Assembly: GCA_964016885.1 (NCBI GenBank)
Contig: OZ024741.1
Location: 191,332,001-191,396,000 of the forward strand
Source of the DNA: Eledone cirrhosa
Taxonomy: Eukaryota
DNA length: 64,000 nt
Direction of reading: 5' to 3'
Shown: in pieces, positions 15,556 through 29,614 of the stretch
How positions within the stretch are numbered: position 1 is the first letter of the stretch
How the letters are laid out: each line of letters begins with the position of its first letter
Made by a program: the position numbers and the translations under genes
The notes under the pieces: model-generated
What the model was told of the DNA's origin: nothing
The model's input: the letters and a program-made list of their open reading frames with translations, nothing else
Databases searched by the model: none

Positions 15556-17300
15556 ATATGGGTGTCTGTGACCTATATACACTGGTCACAGACACACACA
15601 CACATATACACACACACTTAGGGACCCTTCCTATTTAGCAGGAGTTATATGATACATATGACTTAATATTCAGTCACCAAATTTGAGTTTGTATTCGATT
15701 CTTTGAAGTCACTTGTTATAATTTCATTTAACAACACCACTAGCTCTCTCTTTCTCTCTCTCTTCCATTTTCCTTCTCTTTCTTCTACTCTCTCACTCTC
15801 TATGTCTCTGTTTCAATCAACTCTCTCACAACCACTTTCTCTCTGGAAAAGCCCTGTATCTTGGGAACCTGTGCTCTGATTCACACAAAACTTGTTTTAT
15901 TCCATTTACATTCCCATTTCAGGGGCAACTTCCTTTCAAAGTATTTTCCCATTATGCACCATTTTGGCTGTATTAAATTACAGACAAGCACATGATCACA
16001 GAGTTTTAGTAGTATACTAGACCTCCCGTGACCCGTTGGGTTATGTTACTTCAAAATATTTTTAAAAAATCATGTTCTTTTAAAAATAATTTTAAAATAA
16101 TTAAAATATACACAGACATGTATATAATGTAAAATGAAAATCGAAGGCCCATATATATACGAGCGTGTATGTATATATATAAATGTGTATGTGTGTATAC
16201 ATATATATATGTATGTGTGTATGTATATATATATATGTGGGTGTCTGTGATCTATATGCACTGGTCATAGCCACACACACACATATATATATACACACAC
16301 ACTCACATATGTATATAAGCAAACAACAACACCAGCTCGCTCTTCCATTTTCTTTCTCTGTCTCCTCACCCTCTCTCTATGTCTCTCTTTCAATATACTC
16401 TGTCACAATGACTATCTTTTCCTCTCTCTCTTTCTCTCTCTTTGTTTATGAAGGTACAAGGAAAAACCCCATATCTCAGGAACCCATCATCCAATTTATG
16501 TGAAACTTGTTTTATTCCATTTGTATTCCCATTTCAGGGACAACTTCCTTTCAAAGTATTTTCCCATTATGCGCCCTTTTGGCTGTATTACATTACAGAC
16601 AAGCAAGCAAGCAATCACAGACTTTTAGTAATGCATAGCTAGATAGATTATATTATATAATATGATTCGATTAGTAAGAAATATTGTAAAATTGCAGAAG
16701 ATAGTAGAAATAGAGCCTGTGGTGAATTTTGGGGAGAGAAATGAGGTGAGACGACTGGGAGATGTAGTGAGGATAGATGAAAGTGACTAGGTGAGAGGAG
16801 GGATGAAAACGAATGTGGAAGGGGAAGATTAAGAAAGACATAGCTAAAGATGATGGAGGAGGAAATGAAGAAGGCTGTAGGTGATAGGACAAAATGGAGA
16901 ATCTTGTCAGAGGATCTGCAAGTCTAATCCCTGCTTTAACAAGAAAATGGTCTTAAAATGCTAACTGTGCTGGTTGGTGTTACTACCACCATCATCATCA
17001 TCATCATCACCATAATTTAATATCTGTTTTCCTTGTTAGCAAGTGTTTAACAGGTGAGCACAGACCAAGTGAGTACTTAATCAAAGCTACTGACCTCTCA
17101 GATGCGCCAGGGGCCCACTTCTTGCTTATATACTTTCTCACACTTTATGAAATTTTGTTCGTATATTATAAAGTACAATTGTATTATAAAATTTGCTAAT
17201 AAATAGTATGTAAAAACATAATACAAAGTTTGATTAGTAAAATTGACTCATATTGTGTCTATATCATCATTTTATTTTCACATTCTTTGTGAAGGGATAT

Positions 17301-17678
17301 GGATATGGGCTAACCAGATGTGGATATGGGCTAACCAGATGTGGATATGGGCTAACTAGATGTGGATATGGACTAACCAGATGTGGATATGGGCTAACCA
17401 GATGTGGATATGGGCTAAACAGATGTGGATATGGGCTAACCAGATGTGGATATGGGCTAACCAGATGTGGATATGGGCTAACTAGATGTGGATATGGACT
17501 AACCAGATGTGGATATGGGCTAACCAGATGTGGATATGGGCTAACCAGATGTGGGTATGGGCTAACTAGATGTGGATATGGACTAACCAGATGTGGATAT
17601 GGGCTAACCAGATGTGAATATGGGCTAACCAGATGTGGATATGGGCCAACCAGATGTGGATATGGACTAAACAGATAT
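17301..17678. repeat. 21-bp minisatellite, 18 copies (GGATATGGGCTAACCAGATGT)
   Basis: Directly visible tandem array; reads (GYGLTRC)n in one frame. Confidence 0.95.
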
Positions 17679-17689
17679 ACTCTATCTCT

Positions 17690-19045
17690 TGTTACTCAGT
17701 TAGAATGGTGTATAATAGCAGGTTCATAGAAGAACAGATTATAAATAAATTCTAGTCTCCATCACCACTGTGCTTGTACTAGTGCATAGGTCTTCTCCAT
17801 CATAGTCACCAATTATTAAGGTCCTGTGTCATCTTCATGAGGCCCAGTATCTTGACGTCATTCCTCACAACTTCATCTCATGTCTTCTTTGATCAGACAG
17901 ATGCATTGTATCAGGGTATATCACCAGTCAACTCAGTCCTGTGTTATCTCCTTTGTGAGGCTCACTTTCTTGAGGTCATTCCTCATAGTTTCGTCCTATG
18001 TTTTCCATATACAGCTATCAATCTCCATATGCATCAAATGTTCATATCAGTGCAACTGTCTCCTTTGCACTCTACATCTGATTCCTCTTATATTCAGCGT
18101 TTCTCTCAGTTCATTTATGTTCCATCAGTCACACTAATATTACACATCCAATGAAGCCTGCATGTTTTATTTCTTCCCAGCCATCACAAATCTTCTGCAT
18201 TCAAGGCTCATATCTTGCTACATACAACATAGTAGTTCAAATACAACCATCATACAATCTGTCCTTCACTCCAAGAAAGAAGCCCTTTGTTGCCAGTTGA
18301 TGTAACAGCTCCTTGAACTTATTCTCATGTTTTCACTACAACACTATCAGTACATCCATCACCACTGCAAATGAGATCATCTGTCTATTAAAAGCTATCT
18401 ACTACTTCTAGTGAACCTTCTGGGGGAGTTTATTTATGAGTACCCTTAATCTTGATTTCTCCTGTGCATCAGCCTACACGTGAACCCACAACACTTCTTG
18501 CGTGTCCATTGTACACACTGGGTACACCATATGGAGTTTCTACTTACTTTTTTTCTGCATGTTGAGCATGGCCATTTCTTTGGTGGTATCTGCATTCTTT
18601 CTTCTTTCCTACTTACTAAATATTTACTCTTTGCTAGGTTTACTTTGAGACACCTTTATTCCAGATTTTATTTCAATGTCCAGAACTTTTCTAATCCATA
18701 GTTTCTGCTATGATGGCTAAATCATATACATATAGGTGTTTCCAAGAACAACATGTCTTAAATTCTTCTGTTATGGCTCAGGGGGCTATAATAAACCAGA
18801 GACTGAGAAGTGAGCTCTGACGGAATCCTACCTGAACACTAAATTCATTGTTGTATTCATTGCTGACCCCCATCTTGCTGGCTGCACCTCTGCATATTGC
18901 TTATACAGCTCTCATAAGCCATTCATCTATCTCTAGATTCCTATGTAACCCCCAAATTACAGAGCATGGGATTCTGTCAAAGGCTTTTTCCAAGGTGAGA
19001 AATTATAGGTATAGAAGCTTATTCTTAGCTAAGTACGAACTACAT
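17690..19045 (-). mobile_element. Old RTE-clade LINE fragment
   Basis: Degenerate reverse-strand homology to the RT region of 8670-10567 and 5624-6530 (LEKAFDRIP, GLKVNLAK, GRNSIWCTQC). Confidence 0.75.
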
Positions 19046-19884
19046 CTCTGAATGCATGTATGTTTATTTATACATGATTGTGCATGTGTGTGTACGTTCA
19101 TGCATGAGTATGTGTGGGTGCACATATGTGTGTCTGTGTGTATGTGTGTGTGTTCTATTATCTAGCTGCTTTGATTCGGTGAATTAATGAAAGACTTCTA
19201 CTAAACTGTCCAATAATTGCTTAATATACTTCACAAAACACAACTCTGACTTCCCTCTTCACTGTTCAAATATAGAAATATCAACTGGTGCCCCAGACCC
19301 AATTCTCTCTATCTAAATACTTCAAACTAGTGGTGGGGAGAAGAAAAGAACAAAATAAGTTGCTTCATCTTTGAAAAGACCAAACATCTGGTGCCATTAC
19401 ATTTCCAGCTATCAGAAAACATGTGTGATACAGACATAACACACCCTCTCTGCCTCCTCTACACACATCCCGGTCAATGAAAATGGTAAATTCTGTGAGT
19501 TTCAGAAAGACAAGGACATACTAAAATTACGATACAGATTTGTTAGTCTGGTTGGGTTTTTCTCTCTTTGTTTTTGTTATTTTATAATTAACAAATTATC
19601 AAATAACAGGAAATTATAGACACAGATACACACACACATACATGTTTGTGTATGTAAGTATAGTGGTGTGATTACGTAGGTCACTTCCCACCCCCACATC
19701 GTTTCAGTTTCACTTTCAATCCAACTGTGGGGCATTTTGGGCAAGTGCTATATTCTCAAATTGTGAATGAAATTTGGTTGATGGAAACAGTGTGGAAGCC
19801 CATTGAATATATATATATATATATATGGTGATTGGGAGAGGAGATGGTGTATATATCTTATCAAATGATTCTATGGACATATTT

Positions 19885-19939
<55 letters not shown>

Positions 19940-19941
<2 letters not shown>

Positions 19942-20801
19942 GTGTACAGATATTTTTGCATACACAATAACAAAATATAAACAACAAACGTATTTATTTC
20001 ACGAGGCTCGATAGGGATAAATATATATCAAATATATAAGAACCCTAGAGCAAATCTCGAGCAATGCCAGGCCATTCTGCTAGTCTATATTACTAACAGA
20101 GAATGTCTGTCTGTTTGTCCAATCACTAAAACTCGAGAACCACCCAACCGAGTTTTTTCAAACTTTACACATGTAATACTTATGGAAATTTCAAAATTTC
20201 AATGCCCTAGGGACTGCATTAGGCGATATAGGGATCTCTCTCTATAATTCTTAGTCTTTTTCTTTTTAGATAGATACATAGATATAACGCCGCGCCCTTA
20301 TAATATCTGTCTGTATGCCTGACTGTCTGCATTACGTCATTATGACGCGATCGGTGTGTTTGTGTATATAAGTATATATATAGTGTGTATATATATATAT
20401 ATTTTTTATGCCAGGAACATCTTCACGAACCAAAGTATCGTCTTCCTGTTTTCCTTCGGTTGCAACGTTTTTCGAAATATTTACATCTGCGTTCACAGAT
20501 TGATTTTTTTTAGTTTCAGAAGATCCCGTTAAGGGTGAAAGCAGCGATTCTTTGCTTAAACTTTAATCTGTTATTTTGATATATATATATATATCAGAAT
20601 AACATATATATATATATATATATAATTATATATTTGAGTACAGATATTTTTGGATACACAATAACAAAACAGATATTTTTGCATACATAATAACAAAATA
20701 TAAACAAACATTTATTTCACGAGGCTCGATAAGGATAAATATATATAAAATATATAAGAACCCTAGAGCAAATCCCGAGCAACGCTGTGCCATTCTACTA
20801 G
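19940..20801 (+). mobile_element. Non-autonomous Helitron: complete unit 20084-20801 preceded head-to-tail by the 3' end of a second copy
   Basis: 5' TCTATATTACT...GTCTGTCTG. 3' CCCGAGCAACGCTGTG...CTAG|t. 19940-20083 duplicates 20635-20801, with the junction CTAG|TC at 20083/20084. Confidence 0.78.
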
Positions 20802-20942
20802 TAACTTTATAAACATTTATAAAAGTTCTAAGAAAAAAAAGAATAAAAGTTTATATTCAGACATGCTTGTACAAGTTACTGCATGATTATATGGTCATTT
20901 GTTTCAAAAATACACCTTTTTCAAATATAGCTTTTTTGATAC

Positions 20943-21006
<64 letters not shown>

Positions 21007-21027
21007 TATGTATATATATATATATGA

Positions 21028-21081
<54 letters not shown>

Positions 21082-21294
21082 CGTTTCTGAATTTGTTTAG
21101 CAAGATTCTTTATCTGAAATCGTGTGTTGAAACCGATATTGTTATATATATAAACAACTATCTGGTTGTGGAACCAACCAACCAACCAGAAATTTATAAG
21201 TTTGTAGATTTGTAAATTTATAAATATATAATAAATTGAAGTGAAAGCAACTGGTGCGTGTGTTTCTTATTGGCAACATGACCCTCCCAAAGTA

Positions 21295-21364
<70 letters not shown>

Positions 21365-21501
21365 TATGTATATATATATATATGAATATGTATATATATA
21401 TATATATGTGCGTGTGTGTGTGTGTGTATGTGTGTGTCTGTGTATATATATCTATATATATATATTGTTTGGTAGAAGTAGTATCACAACAGTTAGTTCA
21501 C

Positions 21502-21548
21502 CATACTGAGAACAAATGTTTCACCTTGCGGATCTTCAGCTCGGTCTG
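21502..21548 (-). ncRNA. Minimal type I hammerhead ribozyme motif (pLTR)
   Basis: GAG-CTGAAGA-tCC GCAA GGt-GAAA-C ATTT G-TT-CTC. Confidence 0.6.
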
Positions 21549-22779
21549 AGTGTGGTTGTACTCAAGAATAAGGGTAACTCATTAAAAGTAGAACTCTACT
21601 TTTAATTAGTTAGGACATAGGATAACGGAAGCTACAAACCTCTCTAGCGTAGATTATTTAGACATAAATTTAGACCTTCGCACACACACCTTCAAACCCT
21701 TCCATAAACTAAATGAAAAACTTAATTACATAATACATAAGGACTCATGCCACCCTCCTACTATTTTTAGAAAGTTTGTAAATAATATTGGTACGAGAAT
21801 CTCTAACTTCTCCTCTAATAAAACAATATTTGATAGAGCGGCACCCTACTATAACACGGCGTAAGCTAACAGCGGCTTCTCGCAACCAATTACTTACTCC
21901 CCCACTAATACCAACAACAATAAGAAAAGAACTCGTGCCAATAGAAAAATTATCTGGTTCTCTCCCCACTTCTCACTCAATGTTAAAACTAATATAGGGA
22001 AAATATTTTTAGCTCTCTTAGACAGACACTTTCCCATAGGTCACAAATACCACTCCATCTTTAACAGACACAGAGTGAAACTAGGATACTCCTGCACTAA
22101 GAATATGAAGGCCCACATCACCAACAGCTCTAAGAGCAGCACCCCCACCAGGATGTTCTTGCCGAAAGCCTGAAGCTTGTCCCCTTCAACAACAATGCAA
22201 CACACCCGCTGTAATTTATGAAGCTGTGGTCACTTCCAACTGACCAAATCAACAACAAGAGGTTAAATCCTATCTAGGTATGGAAGAGGGTCGGTTTAAG
22301 GAACGTTTCCTGAACCATCAGTCGACCTTTAGATACCCGGACAAATGATCGTTCATGAAACTTGCGAGCCACGTATGGTCCCTCAAAGACTCAGGCGTAG
22401 AGTACGCCAACCAATGGAAAGCTATCACTAAGTCCAAGCCATACGCAAGGGGTAATCCATCTGGTGGACTGTGCATTGAAGAAAAGATCAATAGTCTGAA
22501 GAGATTACGCAATAGCGATTGCCGATTGCCTAAATTCGAGGAATGAGCTTTTTTTCACGTTGTCCACACGTCTGGAAACACCTCTTGTATAATTACAAGG
22601 CTCCGGATTGAATAACATCAACATTCTAATATTCTAACCAACTCGAATAATTTATTCCGGACATTCGCAGTTATCTCCCTTACATCTTTCGACCATGGAA
22701 TTATATCGCCTGGGGGGAGTAACCGTTCCTACGCATGCGTATTCATACGCTTGTTTTTCATTTTCCGTACAACCACACT

Positions 22780-22826
22780 CAGACCGAGCTGAAGATCTGC
22801 AAGGTGAAACATTTGTTCTCAGTATG
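22780..22826 (+). ncRNA. Minimal type I hammerhead ribozyme motif (pLTR, second copy)
   Basis: GAG-CTGAAGA-tCT GCAA GGt-GAAA-C ATTT G-TT-CTC. Confidence 0.55.
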
Positions 22827-22853
22827 GTGAACTAACTTTTGAGATACTACCTC

Positions 22854-22954
<101 letters not shown>

Positions 22955-22994
22955 TAACTATGTTACCAAATACTATTAGTTATATCATAATTTG

Positions 22995-23032
22995 ATTTAC
23001 ATATGTTTCATTCTTCTGGAACTCGTCGGAAT
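22995..23032 (-). ncRNA. Hammerhead-like motif, U4C core variant
   Basis: ATT-CCGACGA-GTTC cagaa GAAT-GAAA-C ATAT G-TA-AAT; palindromic stem III. Confidence 0.45.
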
Positions 23033-23783
23033 TAAACAAAATATAGATACCTGAAAAAGTTCATCTCCTCTAAAAATATAACATACCAGAGAATGTTTTG
23101 TTTATATTTTAAAGAAACACACCATCATATTAGGAAATAATTATTAACACACGTAGCTTGACAGTTATTTCACATTGGCATTCGAACAAATATTTATACA
23201 TTAAAATAGTCTTGTAATCATAGGTAATGTTAATTTTTTTTACATAATACATTCTGTATAAATGCCATTTATACAGAATGTGTTATCTGTTTACCTGGGT
23301 GAAGCTGGGTACGTCAGCTACTATATATATACGAGGGGGCTTCAAACAGTTCGTGGAAAAGGCACATAACTAAAAATCATATGCAGTGACTTTGATCTCA
23401 ATGCACCTGTATTGCTGCATTGTATGTATATATATATATGGAAAAGATCTAGGCCCATTCAGATTCCCTAGAGAGCTGCTGGTAAAACTCCCTGGAAAAG
23501 AAAAACACTTTGTGTGTGAGAACGTGCTCAGCAAGACGAAGAAGAACAGAAGTACTGGGGTAAGGTGTAAGACGTAGGTCCAAAAAATGTCGGAAAGAGC
23601 AGAGGCTGTCATCATGAGGGATGATAGTGTAGAGAGAGGTGATGTCATTTACATCCCCTTGCGTTGGTCAGTTCATGTGTGCACACTCATTCACACATCC
23701 ACACTCTCACAACAGCTAGCCTGTCGTGGTCCAACGCCCAGCCTTCAAATATACAAACACACCTACATGTGCACACATACAAA

Positions 23784-23818
<35 letters not shown>

Positions 23819-24046
23819 CCATCCCACATATACAATGACTACCTCCCATCCTAAACCTCTCAAACGCACAAGATACCCTTTGACCAGCTAATCTCCAAAA
23901 TGGTTGACTGAATACATATCTGTGTTTTTCCCCACACATTTTTTTCCTTTTTTTTATAGTTCTTTCCACCTCTAACTCTTTATCTTTCTATTTTATCTTT
24001 TTTTTCCCTCTTTATTCACTTTACTCACTGTTGTATAAAAAGAAAT

Positions 24047-24163
24047 ATAATAATTGTTTCTACTATTGGCACACGGCCAGAAATTACCCAGTACATTACT
24101 GGTACTTTATTTTATCGACCCCGTAAGGATGAAAGGCAAAGTTAACCTCGGCGGGATTTGAAC
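24047..24163 (-). mobile_element. SINE family A, 5'-truncated
   Basis: Reverse complement of the 3' two-thirds of 14695-14880. Confidence 0.85.
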
Positions 24164-24369
24164 AATGCTTGTAGAATGATAGCACAAACAAATATAGGAA
24201 AGAGAAAACAAGAAAAAAAAAAGAGGAAAAGAAAGAGAAAAGAAAAAGACCACAGAAGCACACACATCTGGGAACACACAACAAAAGGCAGGCGAAAGGA
24301 GTGGACAACCGAGCCACTACCAGAGTAAAAGATAACAGTATCGCAAGGAGCACAGGGAAACCTCACTAA

Positions 24370-25350
24370 TGATTTTTGAGGAAAGCAAGTATGCTCGCAG
24401 CGTTACCTCGGGTGATGATGAGGCTCATGCGCTAGAACAACCAAGCGCCCTCACGAGCTCCACCAGTTACCTCTGTTAGGCGAGCCGCCAGTGAAGATAA
24501 GAACCTCGCAGTCAGTAGCCCGACTCGCCCAAACATCTTGAACACCTCAGGCTGGAAAATGTAGTTGGCCGACAGATCACGGAAATTTAGGATTTTGTTC
24601 CGTTCGGCTGTGGAAGCTGTGGCTCTCGCCCTAACTGCAACGTCCCAAATAAGACACCTGCCTCTCGACCAAGGGCACAGGTTAAAGCCATCAGGTCTTT
24701 TTCCATCGATTCTGGACACTCTAGATGGTTCAAAAATTGAGGGGATGTTTGCCTGGGCCAAAGTTCTCTTGAAAATGAGGTTTAGCTCCGTGTGACATGC
24801 AGAGCGACCGGCATTCAGGCAGCAAGAAAGACCATGGAGGCCTGTGGAGTCGAGGAGTTTGTTACATCGACACCTCAGACCCGCATAGACGTCAGCTCCC
24901 ACTCTGAGGACAATGAAGACACAAAGTTCGTCCAAGCTGAGTAGGCTACCAACGTTAGCCACAGGTAGGACATCATTCTAGTCGCCTGAGTATTTGACGC
25001 TGGCAGACAGTGAGTGGCACCTTGAAAACTGATCCGACTGGAATTTATGCTGTCCCAAGCTCTCTGACTTTGACTGTCCTCCATCTAGTCAGGAACTGAC
25101 TCCATTATTGGAGAACTTCATCCATCTCCCTATTGGAACTAGTCCATTTTGAAGAGAAGAGGATGCTGCTCACCAGGGTGGAGCAAGTATGGGTGGAGGA
25201 AAGAAAGCAAAGGAGAGAGAGGGGCGAACATTTACGAAGACCAAGACCTACAAATCGCTTGGGCAACGCAGCACGATCTCGGGACTCTAGAGAGAGTCTA
25301 ACATTGACCAAGCACTCAAGATTCTCGAAAATTAGGTCGTCGAAGCATTA
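24370..25350 (-). mobile_element. CRE-like non-LTR retrotransposon 3' fragment (restriction-like endonuclease)
   Basis: ALP.RF.GLGLR, LRVG....C.CNK..DSTGLH.LSC, RPDG.NL.PWSRG..LIWDV; disrupted. Confidence 0.7.
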
Positions 25351-25646
25351 AGAACTAGTGTCCCAAACATTAAGACTCTTTTCCTGCTATTTCAAGCGTT
25401 AAACTAACATATTTCTTCAATGTATTGTGTCGTCTGCTTTGTTATTTCTGTTTACCCTTTACATATATACACAATGGCTGCAACTCGATTTCAAGTAATG
25501 CCATCACTTGATACTTATGCATGAGCATCACTGGCATGGCTTCCTAGTCCTGTTAAGGACTTGCCTATGGACGCCCCGACCATGCACAGGTTGTACTGGG
25601 TTACATGTTACTAGTAGCATTGAAGGGTGACCTGACATCCACTCAC

Positions 25647-25699
<53 letters not shown>

Positions 25700-26689
25700 C
25701 ACATACATATACACATACATGAACACACATATACACATACATATACATAAATACACACATACATACGTACGTACATACATACATATATATACATATGCGC
25801 GTGTGTGTGTGTGTGTACATTTATGTATGTATGCATATGTATGTGTGTATTTATATACTTGTATGTGTATATGTGTGTGGATCTATGCATGCATACATAC
25901 ATGGGCATACACATTTACATATATGCATAATAGCTCTGGAATTTTTATTTACGCTCCTATTTATCTTATAATTCTTAAGCCCATACGATATTATAATCAC
26001 TGGTTTATGCTGAAAATAGTTTATCTCCTCTGTAACTCTAAGGACGCAGGTGAGGGTGGGGTGTTAGGATGTGTGGGTGGAGTGTTGTTGGTTTGTTTTT
26101 TAATATTGAAACAAATTCTGTATTAACTATTAATATGTGTGTGGTGCCGTAAATAAATATATACATATACACCAAGTTCAAACACAAAGGAACCAAACGC
26201 CTACTGTCACTGCCTCTGTCTCTCCCGCTCTTCCCATCTCTCACTATTATGAGCAAATGGAGGTCAACTCATTAACCGCTCCACAGCCCCAGCAGACAGA
26301 ATAGAGAAGGCATTTCCCCAGAGGATGGTGAGGGAGGCGAGCTGGAATGGCTCTTTCAGCTCGCAAGATTCATACCTGAAGGTAGCCAACTCTGTGCCGA
26401 TGGTGGTGTGTAGGAAGGTGGCCCTAAAGCCAAGGACACCAGAAGTTTCCACTGCTATGGGCTCAGCTGCAGACCTGTTAGAGAGTGACGGATATTAGGA
26501 GAGTTTACTCTCCTCAGCCCGAAGTGCAGCAGAGCCTAGATTAGTCACATACTGCACCAAGATGCCGATGAAGGTGGTCATGTTGGTGTCACGACAAAAA
26601 GCGCCCAGTCTACCCTGTAAGGTGGTCATGCTGGTGATCTACGCCACGCTGTGAGATGATCATTTTAGTGCCACGATAAAACGCATGCC

Positions 26690-27360
26690 ATTCCTAGTGC
26701 CAACCACATTACAGTCCACACTGTAATGTGGTTGGCACTAGGAAAGGCATCTAGCCATAGGACCCAAGCCAAAAAACAGTTTCATACAGATCCGTATGAG
26801 TATGGGTGTACAAGTTATACATGGACCAGATGAGTGAGATATTTAGCTGGTGGGAGGTGAGTATAAAGACTAGGAAGGGGGAATTAGGGAGAGGTATGGA
26901 AAGGATTAGTGCTGACTAGTGTCCTTAACATATTTGTTTCATCCTGTGCATTGCAGCACAGCATAACACCATAGATTTCAATCTTGTGTCAGCTCCTTTG
27001 AGACGTTTAAATGTCAGCTTTTATCATTTCATCCCAAACTTTCCTAGGTCTTTCTCTTCCATAGTTTCTGTCGTCTTTGAGAGCCCTGCGCCTTTTTATA
27101 CAGCTGTCATCCTCCATACGCATCACATGTTCATAGCACTGCAATCTTGTCTCTTGCACACTGCATCTGACCCCTCTTATACCCTGTTTCTCTCTCAGTT
27201 CATTGATGATTTGCTGTTCATGTGCACTACTATTACACATCCATCGAAGCATGCAAGCTTAATTTTTTTCCAATTTTCGTTGGGTCACAGTGCCCAGGTG
27301 TCACTTCCATACAGCATTGCTGTTCATATACAATCTGCCTTTCATTTTGAAGGAAAAAAT
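26690..27360 (-). mobile_element. RTE 3' fragment, degenerate
   Basis: MLRWMCN...ELREKQGIRGVRCSVQETRL...HVMRMEDDSCIK. Confidence 0.75.
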
Positions 27361-27631
27361 CTTTTGTAATATATACGAGTATATATATATATTATTGCAT
27401 AATAAATGCAGACAATGGATGCTTCGCTCTCTTACTGTATTAAGTGTGGCTGAAACTCGAGTATGGGTATAAATTTATCGTACCCATTTACACATGTTGT
27501 ATTGAGGCAAATAACTTTGTGTCTACTCTGGGATTTATACATAACCTTACCTATTGAGTACGCAGAGATGCAACCGGTACTAGCAAGGAAACCATATGCT
27601 AGTCCCGTTAACCTCTTATTATATATAGTGA

Positions 27632-27812
27632 ATTGGCAGTATCGGTAGAGGGTTGGACGCCATGCTTTCTAGCATAGTTACGTCCCTTTACAGTCTGAGT
27701 TCAAATCCCGTCGAGGTTAACTTTGCCTTTCATCCTTACGGGGTCGATAAAATAAAGTACCAGTAATGTACTGGGTAATTGCTGGCCTTGTGCCAAAAGT
27801 AGAAACTATTAT
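27632..27812 (+). mobile_element. SINE family A
   Basis: Near-identical to 14695-14880. Confidence 0.9.
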
Positions 27813-27825
27813 ATATATATATATA

Positions 27826-28809
27826 CTAGCAGTAAAGCCCGGCGTTGCTCGGGGTCGCTCAGTAGCTGTGTTAAAGTTACAATGTTAAGTTTCTTTCTTG
27901 GCTTAAAAACTGTAGTGTCTACTGTGCAGACTTGCATGTGGTGTTTTTGATTAATATTCCCTCAACCAACAATATGCCTTATGAAGTTAAGAAAACATAA
28001 CGATAACCCGAATGTTATAACAAAAGAGGATGCTGGGGATAGAAACTGCACTGGTTATTTATTAACAAAGATCGAAAATGTAAACACTGCAAGCAGAGAA
28101 AAACATTAGCGTAACCAAATTATCAGTTATGTCTGTCCGCACGCCTATATCACCTCTCTGCACGGCTATCTGTCTGCACGCCTATTTCACCTCTCTGCAC
28201 GACTGTCTGTCTGCACGCCTATATCACCTCTCTGCACGACTGTCTGTCTGCACGCCTATATCACCTCTCTGCACGACTATCTGTCTGCACGCGTATATCA
28301 CCTCTCTGCACGACTGTCTGTCTGCACGACTGTCTGTCTGCACGCCTAACGACGAAATATTTGCTTGTTTTACGTAGTCTTTAAATAGACTTGTTTTCAA
28401 GTAAAAATATTGTTTTAAAATGCTTTTAAATGGAAATGAAGCAAAACGGAAGCTTAGTGTTCGAACTGATGAATTTTGCAGGTCAATATTTTGCTGGCTC
28501 GGCAACTGTTCGTGTATTGTGTTAATGTCATTTTAAACGCTGAGAAAGCCAGCGTAATTTTTTACGTAAGACGCTCAATGTAAACAGAACAAAGGGAAAT
28601 AACTGATAACTTACGCTCAAAAATCGATACATTATATTCGATTTCGTCACATAGGGTTGGTCAATTTGAAATATTTTTTTTCCGATGTCTTCGCTAGGGC
28701 TCAATGTACAAGTATAGCAATTTCGGTGCAATTCCGTCAGAGATTCTAAGAGGAGATGTGTGCCAAAAATCGATAGACAGACAGACAACCACAGTTTTAT
28801 ATATATAGA
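27826..28809 (-). mobile_element. Non-autonomous Helitron with an internal minisatellite
   Basis: The minus strand starts a|TCTATATATATAAAACTGTGGTTGTCTGTCTG and ends CCCGAGCAACGCCGGG-ctttactg-CTAG|t, giving a hairpin plus CTAG, an A|T target and no TSD. Confidence 0.82.
28131..28346. repeat. About 38-bp tandem repeat built of tctgcacg subunits
   Basis: gtctgtctgcacgcctatatcacctctctgcacgact repeated about 5.5 times. Confidence 0.9.
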
Positions 28810-28819
28810 TAATATATGG

Positions 28820-29008
28820 GCAGCGGATTGGCAGTATAGGTAGAGGGTCAGACGCCATACTTTGCAGCATATAGTTACCGCCCTTTACGGTCTGAGTTTA
28901 AATCCCACCAAGGTTAACTTTGCCTTTCAACCTTGCGGTGTCGATAAGAAAGCACCAGTAATACACTGGGATAATTGCTGGCCTTGTACCAAAAGTAGAA
29001 ACAATTAT
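28820..29008 (+). mobile_element. SINE family A
   Basis: Similar to 14695-14880, more diverged. Confidence 0.85.
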
Positions 29009-29015
29009 ATATAGA

Positions 29016-29614
29016 CAGGGTGGTTGCTGGAAAAGTTGAAAATTTGAAGATCAGATTAGATCATCAATAAAATCCGTGATTGATGACTTTTGATTGGTTC
29101 TTTTGTTGTCGAACGGGTGTGCAATCACAAGAAGCATGGATTTCATTACGTCTTGCTTATTCATTTCTTTGATTTCGATTTTGTTACCCACATCATGGAC
29201 TGAAGCCGCCGGAGAAAACAACTTTCAAACTTTCAAAGGCAGGTGATTGTTCTGTTCAAGCTGCAGGTGATTGTTCAAAGGCAGGTGATTGTTCTGTCAC
29301 TCCCCAAGTTGGGGAGTGACAAAATGTTGAACCGTGTTACCTAATTTTTTTTCAACGATCACAAGGCATTAGTTTGATAATGTTGCAATAGACGTCATTG
29401 ATGATTTGAAAACGTGCTTGGCAAGAGCTTGGAAAGATACGCCACAAGTTACCCTTCAAAACGCCACCCTAGCTTCGATTTCCAGGTTAAGACGCTGTCA
29501 TGAAGTGCACGGGCGACATTTTGAATATTTGTGAGTGTAATGCTTTCTAACATCAGTCTTTGTAAAAATAAATTGCAGTTTGACAAATGTTCCGCTTTTC
29601 TAGCGACCACCCTG
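29016..29614 (+). mobile_element. Tc1/mariner non-autonomous deletion derivative
   Basis: TIRs CAGGGTGGTTGCTGGAAAAG / CTTTTCTAGCGACCACCCTG with TA on the right flank. Remnant RLRRCHEVHGRHFEYL* is typical of Tc1/mariner transposase C-termini. Confidence 0.75.

Noticed and set aside
17301-17678. CRISPR-like array
   Set aside because: Head-to-tail repeats with no unique spacers, in a eukaryotic context. The same applies to 28131-28346.
22140-22360. In-frame TGA codons in the Naiad-like GIY-YIG region as possible selenocysteine
   Set aside because: They fall at non-Cys positions (N*P, DK*S) and are best explained by CGA>TGA decay. The conserved Cys codons are TGT/TGC and no SECIS element was recognised.
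23329-23365. TACGAGGGG mariner-like TIR
   Set aside because: No partner TIR or transposase remnant was found nearby.
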